Shown one piece after another: positions 50,865-63,510 of a DNA stretch of 64,000 bases. Both the position numbers and the translations under genes were made by a program. A model generated the notes under the pieces. That model had not been told where the DNA came from and searched no databases. It saw only the letters and a list, made by a program, of their open reading frames with translations. Numbering within the stretch: position 1 is the first letter of the stretch; every line of letters starts with the position of its first letter. Source of the DNA: Isurus oxyrinchus (taxonomy: Eukaryota); contig JANJGN010000023.1 of NCBI GenBank assembly GCA_026770705.1, positions 20,708,001 through 20,772,000 of the forward strand. Direction: 5' to 3'.

Positions 50865-53800
50865 GCAAATGGAGTGCAACCGAAGAAACTGAGTGCAGAC
50901 CTGGAGTTTGGTGAGTTGGGGAACTTCGGTGAAGGGGGAAAGGTGTTTCTTTCCTTTTTTATATCTTTCTCACCCTGTAGGAACTGATTCTTATTCTACT
51001 ACAGGGAAAGGAACTAGCTATTTGGTGAGTATCTAGTAAGTGAGTAAGTTCTATTCAATCCCTAAGGTTCAAAATAGTACACAAATTGGTGGTAAAGTTA
51101 ATAAAATATTAAAGAAAGCAATATAAATAAGTGAAGAATATAAGTAATTATTTGACAAACATTAAGGATGGCAGGACAGGTGATATGTCAAGGCTGCAGC
51201 ATGTAGGGTCTCCTGGATAACAGTGTGATCCAGGGCAAACACATCTGTAGTTTGAGGAGCTTCAGCTCAGAGCCATTGAGCTGGACTCTGAGCTACAGAC
51301 TCTGCGACACATCAGGGAGGGGGAAGGTTACTTGGATGCTTTGTACCAGGAGGCAGTCACACCACTTAGGATAGGGTCTTCTGATTTGGTCAGTGGTCAG
51401 AGACAGGAGGGTGTGACTGTGAATGAGGCAGGTAAGGGGACCCAAGGGCAAAAGTGTCAGCTCTGCAATTGTCCAATAAGTTTGAGGTTCTCTCAAATTG
51501 TTTAGATGAGAGCAGTGGCTGCAGGGTGAATGAGCAAACTGGCCATGGCACCTTGGCACAGGAAGCCATTCAAGTGGGGGGAGAAAAAAGGAACGTGGTT
51601 TTAGTAGGGGACAGTCAGTGGGGGGGATTGACACTGTTCTCTGTAGCAAAGGGCGAGAGTCCAGACAGCTGTGTTACCTGCCCAGTGCCAGGGTTCGGGA
51701 CATCTGCTCAGGGTTGAAGAGAAACTTGCAGTGGGAGGGGGAGGATCCAGTTGTCTTGGCCCACGTAGGTACCAACAACATAGGTAGAACTAGGAAAGAG
51801 GGTCTGCATAGAGAGTATGAGGAGCTGGGCACTAAATTAAAATCAGAAAAGTTATAATCTCTGGATTATTACCTAAATTGCATGCAAATTGGCACGAGGT
51901 ACATAGAATTAGATGGATACACGGCTCAAAGGCTGGTGTGGGAGAAGTGGGTTCTGGTTTGTGGAGCACTGGCACCAGTACTAGGGAAAGTGTGGGCTGT
52001 TCCATTGAGACAGCCTGCACCTGAACCATGCTAAGGCATGTATTCTTGCAAACGACATAACTATGGAAGTAGAGTGGATTTCAAACTAAATAGTGGGAGC
52101 AAGGGATCAAATGTGGAAATATGTGTAATATCAGAGTAGAGGCAAGATGAGAGAGAAAAATAGTAATATGGGAAATAAAGGTCAGAGAATGGCAGGAAGG
52201 GACAGAGAGAAAAAAAACGTAAGCACGCACCAAGAATCAAGATTAGCTGTTATGAAGATAACATAAAGGCTAAACTAAAGGCTCAGTATCTGAATGCGTG
52301 TAGCATTCATAACAAAGTAAATTAATTGAAAGCGCACATTGAAGTAAATAAATATTATCTAACAGCCATCACGGAGACATGGCTACAGGGTTACAAGGGC
52401 TGGGTCCTGAATATTGAGGGTATATGATATTCAAGAAGAATAGGAAGCTAGATAAAGGTGGAGGGGTAACACTGTTAATCAAAGATGGCATTGGTGTAAT
52501 AGTTAGAGATGACCTTGGTTCAGGGGATCAGAATGTAGCATCAGTTTGGGTGGAGATGAGGAATAGTAGGGGAAAGAAGTTACTAGTGGGCGTGGTCTAC
52601 AGGCTCCCTAATAGTAACCACAATGCAGGACAAAGTATACAAGAAGAAATATTGGGTGCTTGTGATAAAGGGACGGCAATAATCATGGCTGACTACATAT
52701 AAACTGGAATAATCAGATTGTCAATAGGAACCTGGATGAGGAGTTCATAGAATGCTTTTGAGATAGTTTCATAGAGCAGTATGCTCTGGGATCAACCAGA
52801 GAACAGGTGAAGTTAGACTTGGTGTTGTGTAATGTGACAGGATTCATTAATTACCTCAGAATAAAGGCACCCCTCAGTAGCAGCAATCAAAATATGATTG
52901 AATTTCACATCCAGTATGAAAGGGGGAAGAGGGGTCTAAGACTAGTATTTTAAACTTAAATAAGGGCAACTATGTGGACACAAAAGCTGAGCTAGCTGAA
53001 GTGAACTGGGAAACTAGGCTAGGGGATAGATCAATACAGAAGGAATGGTAGACATTTAAGGGGATATTTCAGAATACTCAGAATAATTTATTCCTATTAT
53101 AAAGAAAAGTTCCAAAGGGAGGACCCACCATCCATAGTTAATTAATGAAGTTAGGGAAAGCATCAAATTTAAGGAAAAAGCATAGAACTGCACAAAGACG
53201 ATTGGCAGGTCAGATGATTGGTCAGAATATAAAGAAGGGCAGAGAATGACTAAAAGGTTAATCAAGAGGAAGAAATTAGAGTATGAGAGGAAGCTAGCTA
53301 GAAATATAAAAATGGATAGCAAGAGTTTTTAAGAGTATTTAAAAAGGAAAAGAATAAATAAAATAAATGTTGGTTCTCTAGAGAGTGAGACTGGGTGGTT
53401 AATAGTAGATAATAAGGAAATGGCAGATGAAATGAACAAATATTTTGCTTCTGTCTTCACTATAGAGGATACAAAACATTCCAATAATAGCTGTAAATCA
53501 GGAGGTGGCGGGGAGAGGGGATCTTGGCAAAATTATAATCACTAGGGAAACAGTACTGAGCAAACTGAAGGGCCAGAGTTTTGATGTTGGTTTGTGGGGG
53601 CGGGCCTGACATGCCAATGTACTAAATGGCGCGCGATGATGTCGGGGTGTGCGTCCCAAAGCCACCGTGCGTTATTTAGATCTTTCGCTCAGCGGGCGCG
53701 CGTTGGAGGTGGCTGCGCACCCTCCAAACTGTCAAAAGCCTATTAAGGCCACTAGGAAAGTAATTTAGGTAATTAACAGCGCTGCCTGTCCATCCTTAAA

Positions 53801-55925
53801 GTTGGCAGGCAGGAGAAGAGCTGAAGCGGCCTTCCCGTTTTTCAGGAAACCTCATCCACGGAAAGGACGTGTTTAAATAATTTTTCAATTCTTTATTCAA
53901 GATTTCCATTACCAATTTAATCTCCCTGAGGCAGCTCCATGACTCAGGGAGATTGCTGCGCTCTTTCACGTGCATGCATGTGAAAGAGCGCAGGCCCCAA
54001 CTCTCCCTCCTCCCCCCACCTGCACAGGTAATGCTGAGTGCTATCGGCGGTGCGTCACGCCGGACGGGCCTTAATTGGCCCACCTGCGTAAAATGGCAGC
54101 GCACAGCCAATTGCGGGCAATGCTCAGCTCCGTGCCCACCCCCACCCACACCTGCCCAACATAGGTAAGTTTTTGGTCATGGACTTGCAGGCTGACAAGT
54201 CTCCGAGTCCTGATGGACTTCATCCTAGGGCCTTAAAAGAGGTGGCTGTTGAGATAGTAGATGCACTGCTGTTAATTTTCCAAAAATCTCTAGATCCTGG
54301 AATGGTTCCATCAGGTTGGAAAGCAGCAAATATAACCCTTTTATTCAAGAAGGGAAGGAGGCAGAAAACAGGAAACTATAGGCCAGTCAGCTTAACATCT
54401 GTTGTGGAGAAAGTGTTAGAGTCTATTATTAAAGAGGTTATAACTGGGCAATTAGAAAAAACATAGAGTAATCGAGAAGAGTAGGCATGGTTTTTTGAAA
54501 GGGAAATCATGTTTGAAGGAGTAACATGTGCTGTGGATAAAGGGGAGTTTGTAGACGTGCTGTACTTGGATTTCCAGAAGGCATTTGATAAAGTGCCACA
54601 TCAAAGGTTATTGCAGAAAATAAAAGTTCATGGTGCAGGAGGTAACACATTAGCATGGGTAGAAGATTAACTGGCTGGGGGAAAACAGAGAGTATGCATA
54701 AATGGGTCTTTGTCTGTTTGGCAGGATGTGATGAATGGAACCCCACAGGGGTCTGTGCTAGGGCGTCAACTTTTTACAATTTACATCAATGATGAAACAA
54801 AGGCAGCAAAGTATGTTGTGAAGATGACATAAGGAGTTTGCAGACTGATATAGATAGGTTGAGTGAGTGGGCAAAAATCTGGCAAATGGAGTATAATGTG
54901 GGAAAATGTGAAGTTGTTCACTTTGGCAGGAAGAATAAAAAAGCAGAGTATTATTTAAATGGAGAGTGACTGCAGAATTCCAAGGTGCAGAGGGATCTAG
55001 ATGTTCTCGTGAATGAGTCACAAGAAGTTGGTATGCAGGTACAGCATGTAATCAGGAAGGATAATGGAATGCTATCCTTTATTACGAGAGGAATTTAACT
55101 TAAAATTAAGGATGTTATGCTTCAGTTATACCGGGTTTTGAAATGCAGAGCTAGCAGACAGAAGTGTTGATTGGCGATTATACCCACTTACATGGAAGGT
55201 TTCCACAAAGGAAGATTTTGCAGAAAAAACAAAATGTATAGCACTGAAGAGCTACTCAAGGATGGGTGTAAGCACAAAGTGATCCTTGCAGTTCAACAAA
55301 GCTTACAGGTCCTAAGTACAACCACGTTTGTTGACACCAGACCACCCAAACCCAGACTGCATCTCGAATACTGTGTGCAGTTTTGGTCTCCTTGTTTAAG
55401 GAAGGATGTAAATGTGTTGGGTGCAGTTCAGAGGAAGTTTACTAGATTGATACCTGGAATGAGTAGGTTGTCTTATGAGGATAGCTTGGACAGGCTGGGC
55501 TTGTTTCCACTGGAGTTTAGAAGAGTGAGGGGTGACTTGATTGAAGTGTATAAGATCCTGAATAGTATTGACAAGGTGGATGTGGAAAGGGTGTTTCCTC
55601 TTATTGGTGAGTCCAGAACTAGGGGCACAGTTTTAAAATTAGGGGTCGCCCTTTTAGGACAGAGAAGAGGAGAATTTTTTTCTCTCAGAAAGTTGTGTGA
55701 CTTTGGAATTCTCTGTTTCAAAAAGCGGTGAAAGTAGGGTCACTGAATGTTTTTAAGCAAAGGTAGATAGATTCTTGTTAGGCAAGGGAATCAAAAGTTA
55801 TCGGGGGTAGATGGGAATGTGGAACTCAAAACACACACAGATCAACCATGATTTTATTGAATAGTGGAGCAGGATTGAGGGGCCGAATGACCTACTTCTG
55901 CTTCTATTTCGTGTGTTCCATGTTA
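50865..55925 (+). mobile_element. Near full-length degenerate CR1 LINE (ORF1 Zn-finger/SGNH esterase, ORF2 APE-RT)
   Basis: VVLVGDS, LPSARVRDI, HVGTNNI (esterase); KGGGVTLLIK, VGVVYR (APE); NYRPVSLTS, YLDFQKAFDKVPH; HLEYCVQFWSP; TGAG flanks both ends. Confidence 0.9.
53571..54178 (+). mobile_element. Hairpin Harbinger MITE nested in CR1 ORF2
   Basis: Termini ggccagagtttt / aagtttttggtc; flanks aag/atg within the LINE KLM(G/D)L codons. Confidence 0.85.
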
Positions 55926-58186
55926 TGAGTTATTGGTGCCTTGTTCTTTCATAGTAAATAAGCCCCAGGTACTATATTATTATAATAACACAACATTGTG
56001 ATCACTGGTGGTCAGATTGGTGGCAGTAAGATTATGTACAGGTATGACATGGTGAACTGACTTATATTGTGCTATATGGCATGAAGAGACCTTGACATTT
56101 TGGTCAGAATGCAACTAAATCACAGCATCGGAGAGTGTTGAAAATGCAGGTAGTGACTGCGAAGAAAGGTTTTGAAGGAACAGCACCAAGCTAGTGCTCA
56201 GATAAAGAGCTGGTAAGCAGACAGATTCCTCATGATAAGATTACACTGAACTGTCAGTTTAGTGAGAGAGACAGCGTGTTGAGAGAACTATTTCAGGATA
56301 TGAATGAGAAGTGGAATATAGATCACACTACTTCATCCCTCCTCATTACCCTAGGCTGAGTGGCCTAAATGAATGAATGATTCACCCAGTGAAATCCTTA
56401 ATTCTCAAAAGTAGACAGGCCAAGCAAAATCTATACATTGCATCTGAGAGCAACACCTTTAAGTGCAACTAGTCAATCACTGACAGAGCTCATGTTTGGC
56501 AGACCAGTGCATAACTATTTACTAATTACTCATTCTACTCTGTCAGAAACTACAGAGCAACTTACAAAACTGTAAGGGAAGATAACCAGCATGCACAATA
56601 TAAATATAGTTACAGAGTTGCCAAGTTTAGAGTTGGGACAACAAGTTCACACCCAGGATCCCACAGAAGGTATGTGGCCACCAGCTTAGGTGACAGGGAT
56701 TTGTTCAGAACCGAGGTCCTATGAAGTCAATATGCACAAAGGTGCAATGGTGAGGTGTAACTGAGACAAATCAGATCCAAACCAGTCCCTCAGCCATCGT
56801 ACAGCCCTATTGCATCTAGGACAAGATCCCAAACACAACAAGGAACAACATCCAAGAATGACAATCCCACCGACCACCGAGAGCAATTAAATAAACCTCT
56901 AGACAAGTTTACCATTACAAGATCTGGGTGTACCGGCAGATTACCTTTACGCTTTAGAAACTCATAGAATCATTAGTTCTATACACTCATGTAATGATAA
57001 CTAAACATGAGCATGTATTGTAAATTGTTGCTTCTTTGGAAGGGGGGGGGGAAGTATCTTTAAAAAGAAAGTGGGATGTTGTAATATGCCTTTAAGGGAT
57101 AGTAGCATGGCATATTTGGAAGGGGAATGTGTCATGTGATCCAGTCTTGGTTTCACTTTTGCTTTGAGTAGAGCACACACACAAACACAGCTGTGATATG
57201 TTCAGCTTTATACTTATGTTTAACTATTCACATGGGCCTAGTCTTAATAAATAAGTCCACAATGTATTTACCAAGTCCTTTATGAGCAATTGGTGACTTG
57301 TGTCTTGTATAGTAAATAAGCCCAAGGTATTAAATCATTATAATAACATGGCAAGCTGCTGCTTGCCTTCCGTGTCTGTTCTGGCCTTCTTGAAAATGGC
57401 GCTGGAGCCAATGGCACAATGTTACCCACCTGCTGACTTCAGTTCTGGCCTTCGAAAATCCTGCCATTGCAAATCTTTGCCAGCCCAACTTTGATATTGA
57501 CCTAATTTCTATTGTGATTCCAAAGGGATTTTCCATGTTTACCCTGAAATTAATTTTATTCATGATTTGGATGTATTCTGAGTGTCAGGAAGGGTTAAAG
57601 TAGGTGAAAGTCTTTCAAACCTCAGAATCAAAATATTTGCCCTCAGCTAGAAAAATTGAATATTCTGCTCTACACATTTTTCTGTTGGCAGATTCTCTTT
57701 TAAAACAAACTGTATTTTTCCAGGTAAAAGGATTACAATCCACTTATTAAATTTTATTTAGCTAATGGTTTTCTGAACAATTTTCTGCTTCATTTTGTTG
57801 ACTTTGTGTTTCCTAATTCTTGTGATTGGGCCGTAAAGAAAACACATATTTTTCTGATCTGTTGTGTATTCTCTTTAAGAGGTTTGACAGGGCTGAAAAG
57901 CAGAAAATGTTTTTCTGTCCTTATCCAGTCCAAGCGTCAAGCATTCGTTCCCTCAGTGTGTTTCAACTGTAAAGTCAGAAGTAACCTTACCCATGCTCCC
58001 TCTTAGCTCAAATCATGTGACACTTCCACCCATCTCATGCTGCTGGGCTCTGAGTGAGGTATCCCAGACAAAGGCAAGACCAGGGTTTTCACTAAATCTG
58101 GGTCGGATGCTAGGAATTCTCAGCAGCAAGGAGGAAGAATCCCTTCCTTGCACTTTTTTCATTGCACTGGACTATTAAAGAGTCAT

Positions 58187-60350
58187 TGAGAGCAAAATTT
58201 GGCTCTAAAACACCTGTAGTTTTGGCATTGTGGGTGCCATTTTCATCTCAAAATAGCATCTGGGCTGCACATGCACATTTCTTGCATGGCCCATCCCAGT
58301 TGCCATTTTGGAGAGATGAGTAGTAGGAGCAGATGCTGGAAGGAGGCAGAGTTCCCAATGGTGGAAGGGTTGAGGACCAGACTCAAAGTGATTGACAAAA
58401 GAAGCAACAGTGCCATGAGGAAAATCTTCTCTACACAGCGAGTGGTCAGCATCTGGAATGCACTGCCTGAGAGTGTGGTGGAAGAAGATTCAATTGTGGC
58501 TTTCAAAAGGGAATTGGATAAGGATCTGAATAGAAAATATTTTCAGGGCTAAGGGGAAATGGATGGGGAGTGGGGCCAGTTGGGTAGCTCTTGCAGAGAG
58601 TTGGTATGAACACAGCAGGTCAAATGGCCTCCTCCTGTGCTCTAATCATTTTGTGATTCTAGTAAGCAGATTGTGATGCCAATCAGTGTGTGGCATTGAT
58701 TTGACACCAGCACTGTCATTTTTGAACTCGCCACTCCAGCTAATGCCCTCTTTAAACATACACAGCTGACCATCGGTTCTAGAGCAGTAACCCCCACTAG
58801 CACTATTGAAAGGGATCATCAACTGTTCTCAGGTTAGTCGCTAATTACTTTCTACTGGCTCGAACTGAGTTTGTAGAAGCTGGTGCTTGGTGGTTTGGGA
58901 GTTGGTTAAAGTTGGTGAAGTTGACGGGGAGTGGAACTGCACATGCAGAAGGCCTTCATTTTGACTTCAAAGACCATTGTCAGACCACTTGCCCCAAGTC
59001 TTGACTTGTAACAACCAGACCCTCCCCTTGGCCTGTGCAGAGGCAGCACAGAAGAGGGCACATTGCTCACATAGGGAGGAGTAGAAGAAGGAGGGGGCTG
59101 TCAGCAGGAAGCTTTACCCAACCAGGATCTTCTGGAAGCATTTCCCTTGCTGTAACATAAGCCAGGGGAGCAGTGTGTACGTTGTCTCCATTTTATGAAG
59201 GAGGTGCCCTGCCAACTCCTTGTGACCACAACGATGAAATAAAAAAGCATCACAAACTTTCCAAACTAATCCAGTATACTAGAGTCAACTAGCCATACTT
59301 GCGCATTCCCTTAGTGTCCGTCTGGTTGCCTGAGTCTGGCCGAGTGCTCCTGTGCACTGCCACCCCAGTGGCTGCAGCATGGCAGGCAGAAGGCTACTGA
59401 CATTCGGTGAAGGAGAGGCAGATGGCCTTGCAAGGACCTATTGAGCCCCAGAAGTTTCTGCTTCAGACTGTAACACCTGGACATGGGTGGCAGCAGTGAG
59501 CTTTGGCTGGCTCACAGGCCTCACCAGGGGCACTAGTAGAGTGAGAGAGGCAGGGAGATGGATGCTGCAGCTCTGAGGAAAGATTGCAGGTCCTTGCCAC
59601 TGCCACTCCCCAGGGATACACCTCAGCAACCCTAGTAATCTGCTGGAGGATGGATTGCTGTGAAACCCTCCGAGGTTCTTTCAGTACTGGTTTCTGCAGC
59701 CATGATGATAAAAGCCTGAGCCTGCACATTCGCAAGTTGAGATTTCATGACCTCAGACTGAGCTTTTCTTGCAGCACTCAGTTATTGGGTGTCTTCTGCT
59801 TGTGCTGCAATGGCAGCTGAGACATTGGCTCTCAGATGCTTCATCATGGTCATCTGCATTGACCTTCAAAAGTGGCAGGGGTGACCTAACTGAGGTTGCA
59901 TTGGATACATGGGGAATTGTGGTACAAATGTTTCTTAAACAGTTCATTCATTACATATGCACAATTTCAATTGGAGGGATGGATGCTAGTTTCATCAGTA
60001 CTGATTAAGTAACACTTCCTTTTTCATCATACTGCCCATCTCTTCTTTCCTTCCTTGAAGGCTTTGACCTCTTCCTGGAAAATAGTTCCCTGGAAACTAA
60101 TAACCTTTTCATGCTTCACCCAAGTGGCCATTCTTGGTGTGTGCGCTTTCAGCCTTAACAATGAGAGTTGGCAGGTAACCAGACTACAGGGGGCCAATCT
60201 TGTCTCACCTCCCTCAGTATCCACATGCTTCATCAAGGTTGGCTGCATTGTGATTAAGAGAAAGAGTCCTGTTCAATTTTTCCTTCCCCGACTTCCCCCA
60301 GTATGCCAGCTCTGATTAACTAACTCAGTGCAGACTGGGAGCTTCCAGAG
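58187..60350 (+). mobile_element. Old internally deleted Harbinger relic with a CR1 3' fragment inserted at ~58320-58662
   Basis: Transposase N-terminus-like remnant at ~59090-59210 (RKLYPTRIFWKHF..EQCVRCLHFMKEV); S/P-rich Myb-tail-like sequence on - strand; boundaries uncertain. Confidence 0.45.
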
Positions 60351-60379
60351 CTGTATCTCAGTTACTTGCAGGACAAATT

Positions 60380-61150
60380 CGTTCAGTTATCAAAAACGGC
60401 CTTTCTTTGTCAGACCAGCCACGCTGGCCTTCGATGACAGAATCACTGTTGGCTTTGCGACGTATTGCTACATCCAAGAATGAAATTTGAATGAACCTAT
60501 GAACCATTCCAGTTTTAAAAGGGAGGTTTGGGGCGTACTCTTTATTGGTCTGGCTTATACAAATAATAAATTCACTGGTTGAATCCACTTCTGAAGCAAA
60601 TTCAACAGTTTAGTATCAGTAGAGAACATTTGTGATTCTGGAGCGTTTCGGGCAAAAATATCTTCATGTAATGGTGAAAAATAAGAATGTGCAACAGCTG
60701 GAGTTGAGATCTTACATGTTGAAGGTTGTTTCTGCTTTGCTTCACTTCACTGCTATGAGTGGTGGCATTGGAGATGGTGAGCAATGAGTATATAAAATCT
60801 GGTTATTTCAAATTTAACTGATGCCTCAATTTAAACAGAAACAGCAGTTATGAAACCCTATCTAAAGCTTTCCTGTTGCTTCAAAGGTAATTATAATTAT
60901 GAATGTCCATTCGACATGGTTAGGAGTACAAACCTCATGGTCTCTGAATTCTCACCTGCAATATCCACCTTTAAAGATCCCACATTTAGTTCCCACTGGT
61001 GTTGTCTACTCTCATGTAGATTATATGTTGAAACAACATGAGAATTACATCATTACAATGCAGTCATTGATAACCTATACACTGTTTGATGTACCCAGAT
61101 AGTCTTGGGTCTTCCCATCTTGGGATGGACTTTAAAGGCCTTTTTGGAAA
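60380..61150 (-). mobile_element. Possible very old Penelope-like RT remnant
   Basis: YAPNLPFKT..ISFLDVAI resembles the Penelope RT 'HP.LKFT..FLDV.I' motif; otherwise decayed. Confidence 0.35.
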
Positions 61151-61351
61151 GGAACTGTTAAAGGTACATTGACTTTTGTAACTGGCTAACTTTCTAACTA
61201 ACTTGTATAAACTTTGGCCAATGCTTTCAAAGCACTCCTTCAGGTAAAATCATTGATTTCAATTATTGATTTGACTTTTGTATTGATGGCAGCCTGAGAG
61301 GTTCTTAATCAAGGTTTACACTGGAATTGCCCAACCTGTTCAAAACAGACT

Positions 61352-62038
61352 GGGGAGAATTTTTAGCTCCGCGTGCGGGCACACGCCTGACCAGACTGAA
61401 CGTAAAATGACGTGCGATGGCATTCGGCACGTGTCCCGATGTCATCATTCACTTGCATGATATTTTGGTTGGCGGGTATGCGCAGGAGTCGGCAGCTCTC
61501 CCGCCGACAATTAAAAGGCCATTAAAACTGTAATTAAAAGAAATTTTTTGCAGCCCATCCAACCTGACGGCTGGCGGGCAGGCGAAAAGGCCAAGCGGCC
61601 TTTGCATTTTTCAGGAAACCTCATGCACGGGCAGGTTGAAGTTTCCAACGGCAAATAAAAATAAAACTAAAATTTTAAAATTTAATTCATAACATGTCCC
61701 TGCTCCTGAGACAGAGTTGCATGAGGGGGGACATGGTTTATAACATTTTATAAACCTTTATTTTTTTATTTTGCAAACTGTTCATCTCCCAGACGCAGCT
61801 CTGTGCCTCAGGGAGGTTTTTAAGGGTGCAGTCGCGGGCATGCGTGAAGTTCGTGCTCTCCCTCCTCCCCCTCCCACACAGGTAGCGCTGAGCGCTGAGC
61901 GCTGCCTCTCGCATTTCATGCTGCACGGGCCTTAAGTGGCCCGCCAGCGGGAAATCGGGGTCCAGCTCCGATCGTGGATGGCGATCGGCTTCCCGCCCGC
62001 CCCTTCTGAGCCCGCCCAATGAGGGAAAGGTCCACACC
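61352..62038 (+). mobile_element. Four-hairpin Harbinger MITE
   Basis: Starts ggggagaatttt, ends aaaggtccacacc; flanks act/att; conserved hairpins. Confidence 0.82.
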
Positions 62039-62633
62039 ATTAAACTCAGAGCCCAGACTAATCGTCTGAGTGGGTATTGATGAGATATCCATATCTAATT
62101 AGTAATTTGTTCTTGTCACATAATTTAATATATCAATTGCTGAAATGGCCCTAGTCATTCTTGCTTGTTGCATGAACAATCACTCAGATAATGTGGTCAG
62201 TGTCATTATAATAGTTGATTGTGCTAGTGGATTCCAGCATTAGGTACTATATGGTACCCTGTACTAGATAGGGGTCATCTGACCTGGGAGTTGAAGATCA
62301 GATAGCACATGTTGGAACCGTTCTTGAGAGAATTCAATTACTGCAGATATGTGTTTATGTTAGGAAAATGTATTATTAATAAAGTTAGCTCAGCCACAAT
62401 GTCAACGTCCTGTGTGTATCGCTGAAACAAAAAACAAGACAGTCAGCAGTGAAGGAACCCCGCTCCCTTCACCTCGTTGACCGCTGATCACAAAGTTTTT
62501 TGCTTTTTAGTGGAAACCTGCTCTAATTGGACGTCTGATCCAGTGTGACAAACTCTGTAGAATCTGTGAGCAAGGAAGGAAACAATGAGGATTTGCAACC
62601 AATCAGACTGAAGAATCTTCACTCTGACACACA

Positions 62634-63510
62634 GCGGGGAGTTTTAACCCTGAAAAACAGGCAGATTTGGTCTAGGTTGGATGCTGAAAATCTGAATCCC
62701 ACCCCATTCCATCTCCAGCTCGCCCACTTCCAACTTTAACTGAGACAGGACGGAGGATGGGAAACTAATCACTTCAAGGAATTGGGTTGGCACTTCAAAC
62801 ATTATAAGGAGCCTTATTTGTAATCACCATTTCAGATTTAACTGTGGATAACTGGGTCTTCCAAGCCTCCGGAAATTGGTCAGCTAAACCCAGGTGAGGA
62901 CAGTCTGAACTGAGAGGGATGTATGCATTTACCCCCTGACCCTTCAGGTCTTCCCCTGACCTTCACCCCGAGTCTGATGATTATAGCTTTTTGACACCAC
63001 TCCCCAGTGTGAAGCCTTAGACCCCCCACCCCTGCCTAGGCCTCAGACACCCCCAGTTAGACCTCAGAATCAGACACCCTCTGAACCCCAGGACTGATGC
63101 AACTTGATTGCCCCGTCTACTCTTGGGCAATGGGATTGACACTCTCTGGACCCCAGGATCAGATCCTCATCCCAGGATCTCCCACCCCTGCTGGACCATA
63201 GAACTGAACCCACCCCTGCCCCCCACCAGGTTTGACTTACCCAAATCTACAGGATTGGCTAGCTCTGGGATTGAGCCCCTCCCCTCCCTCCCCCCAGGGT
63301 TTATCTGGTCCTGTGGCCTCCTCTAGAGTTCTCCTCTTCCAACTGGAAGCCAATCCTGTTAATCAGACAGGTTTCTGGGCGGGGAAGCTATTGGGGAGGC
63401 ACATGCATGCTGTCGAGTTAAAATTCCACAGCTTGAACCTTGACTTACCAGTTCTCTGAGCTCCCCGAGTCTCAGCCACTGAGTGGGTCAACTAAGTTAA
63501 AATCCAGCAG
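62634..63510. mobile_element. Degenerate Harbinger-type non-autonomous element
   Basis: Termini gcggggagttttaac / gttaaaatccagc; C-rich interior. Confidence 0.4.

Larger units (their letters stand above)
50656..57348 (+). mobile_element. Small non-autonomous Gypsy-like LTR element (5' LTR 50656-50864 + 55926-55995; internal ~1.1 kb; 3' LTR 57077-57348)
   Basis: Two homologous LTRs; PBS-like tggtggcag near 56018; purine tract aaaaagaaagtggga before the 3' LTR; PRSYEV and TRSG-like integrase-tail remnants; TSD not recovered. Confidence 0.7.
50106..57466. mobile_element. Harbinger-type MITE split by an LTR element (halves 50106-50655 and ~57349-57466)
   Basis: Termini gggcagggttttc / gaaaatcctgcca; flanks gtg/ttg. 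Confidence 0.55.
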
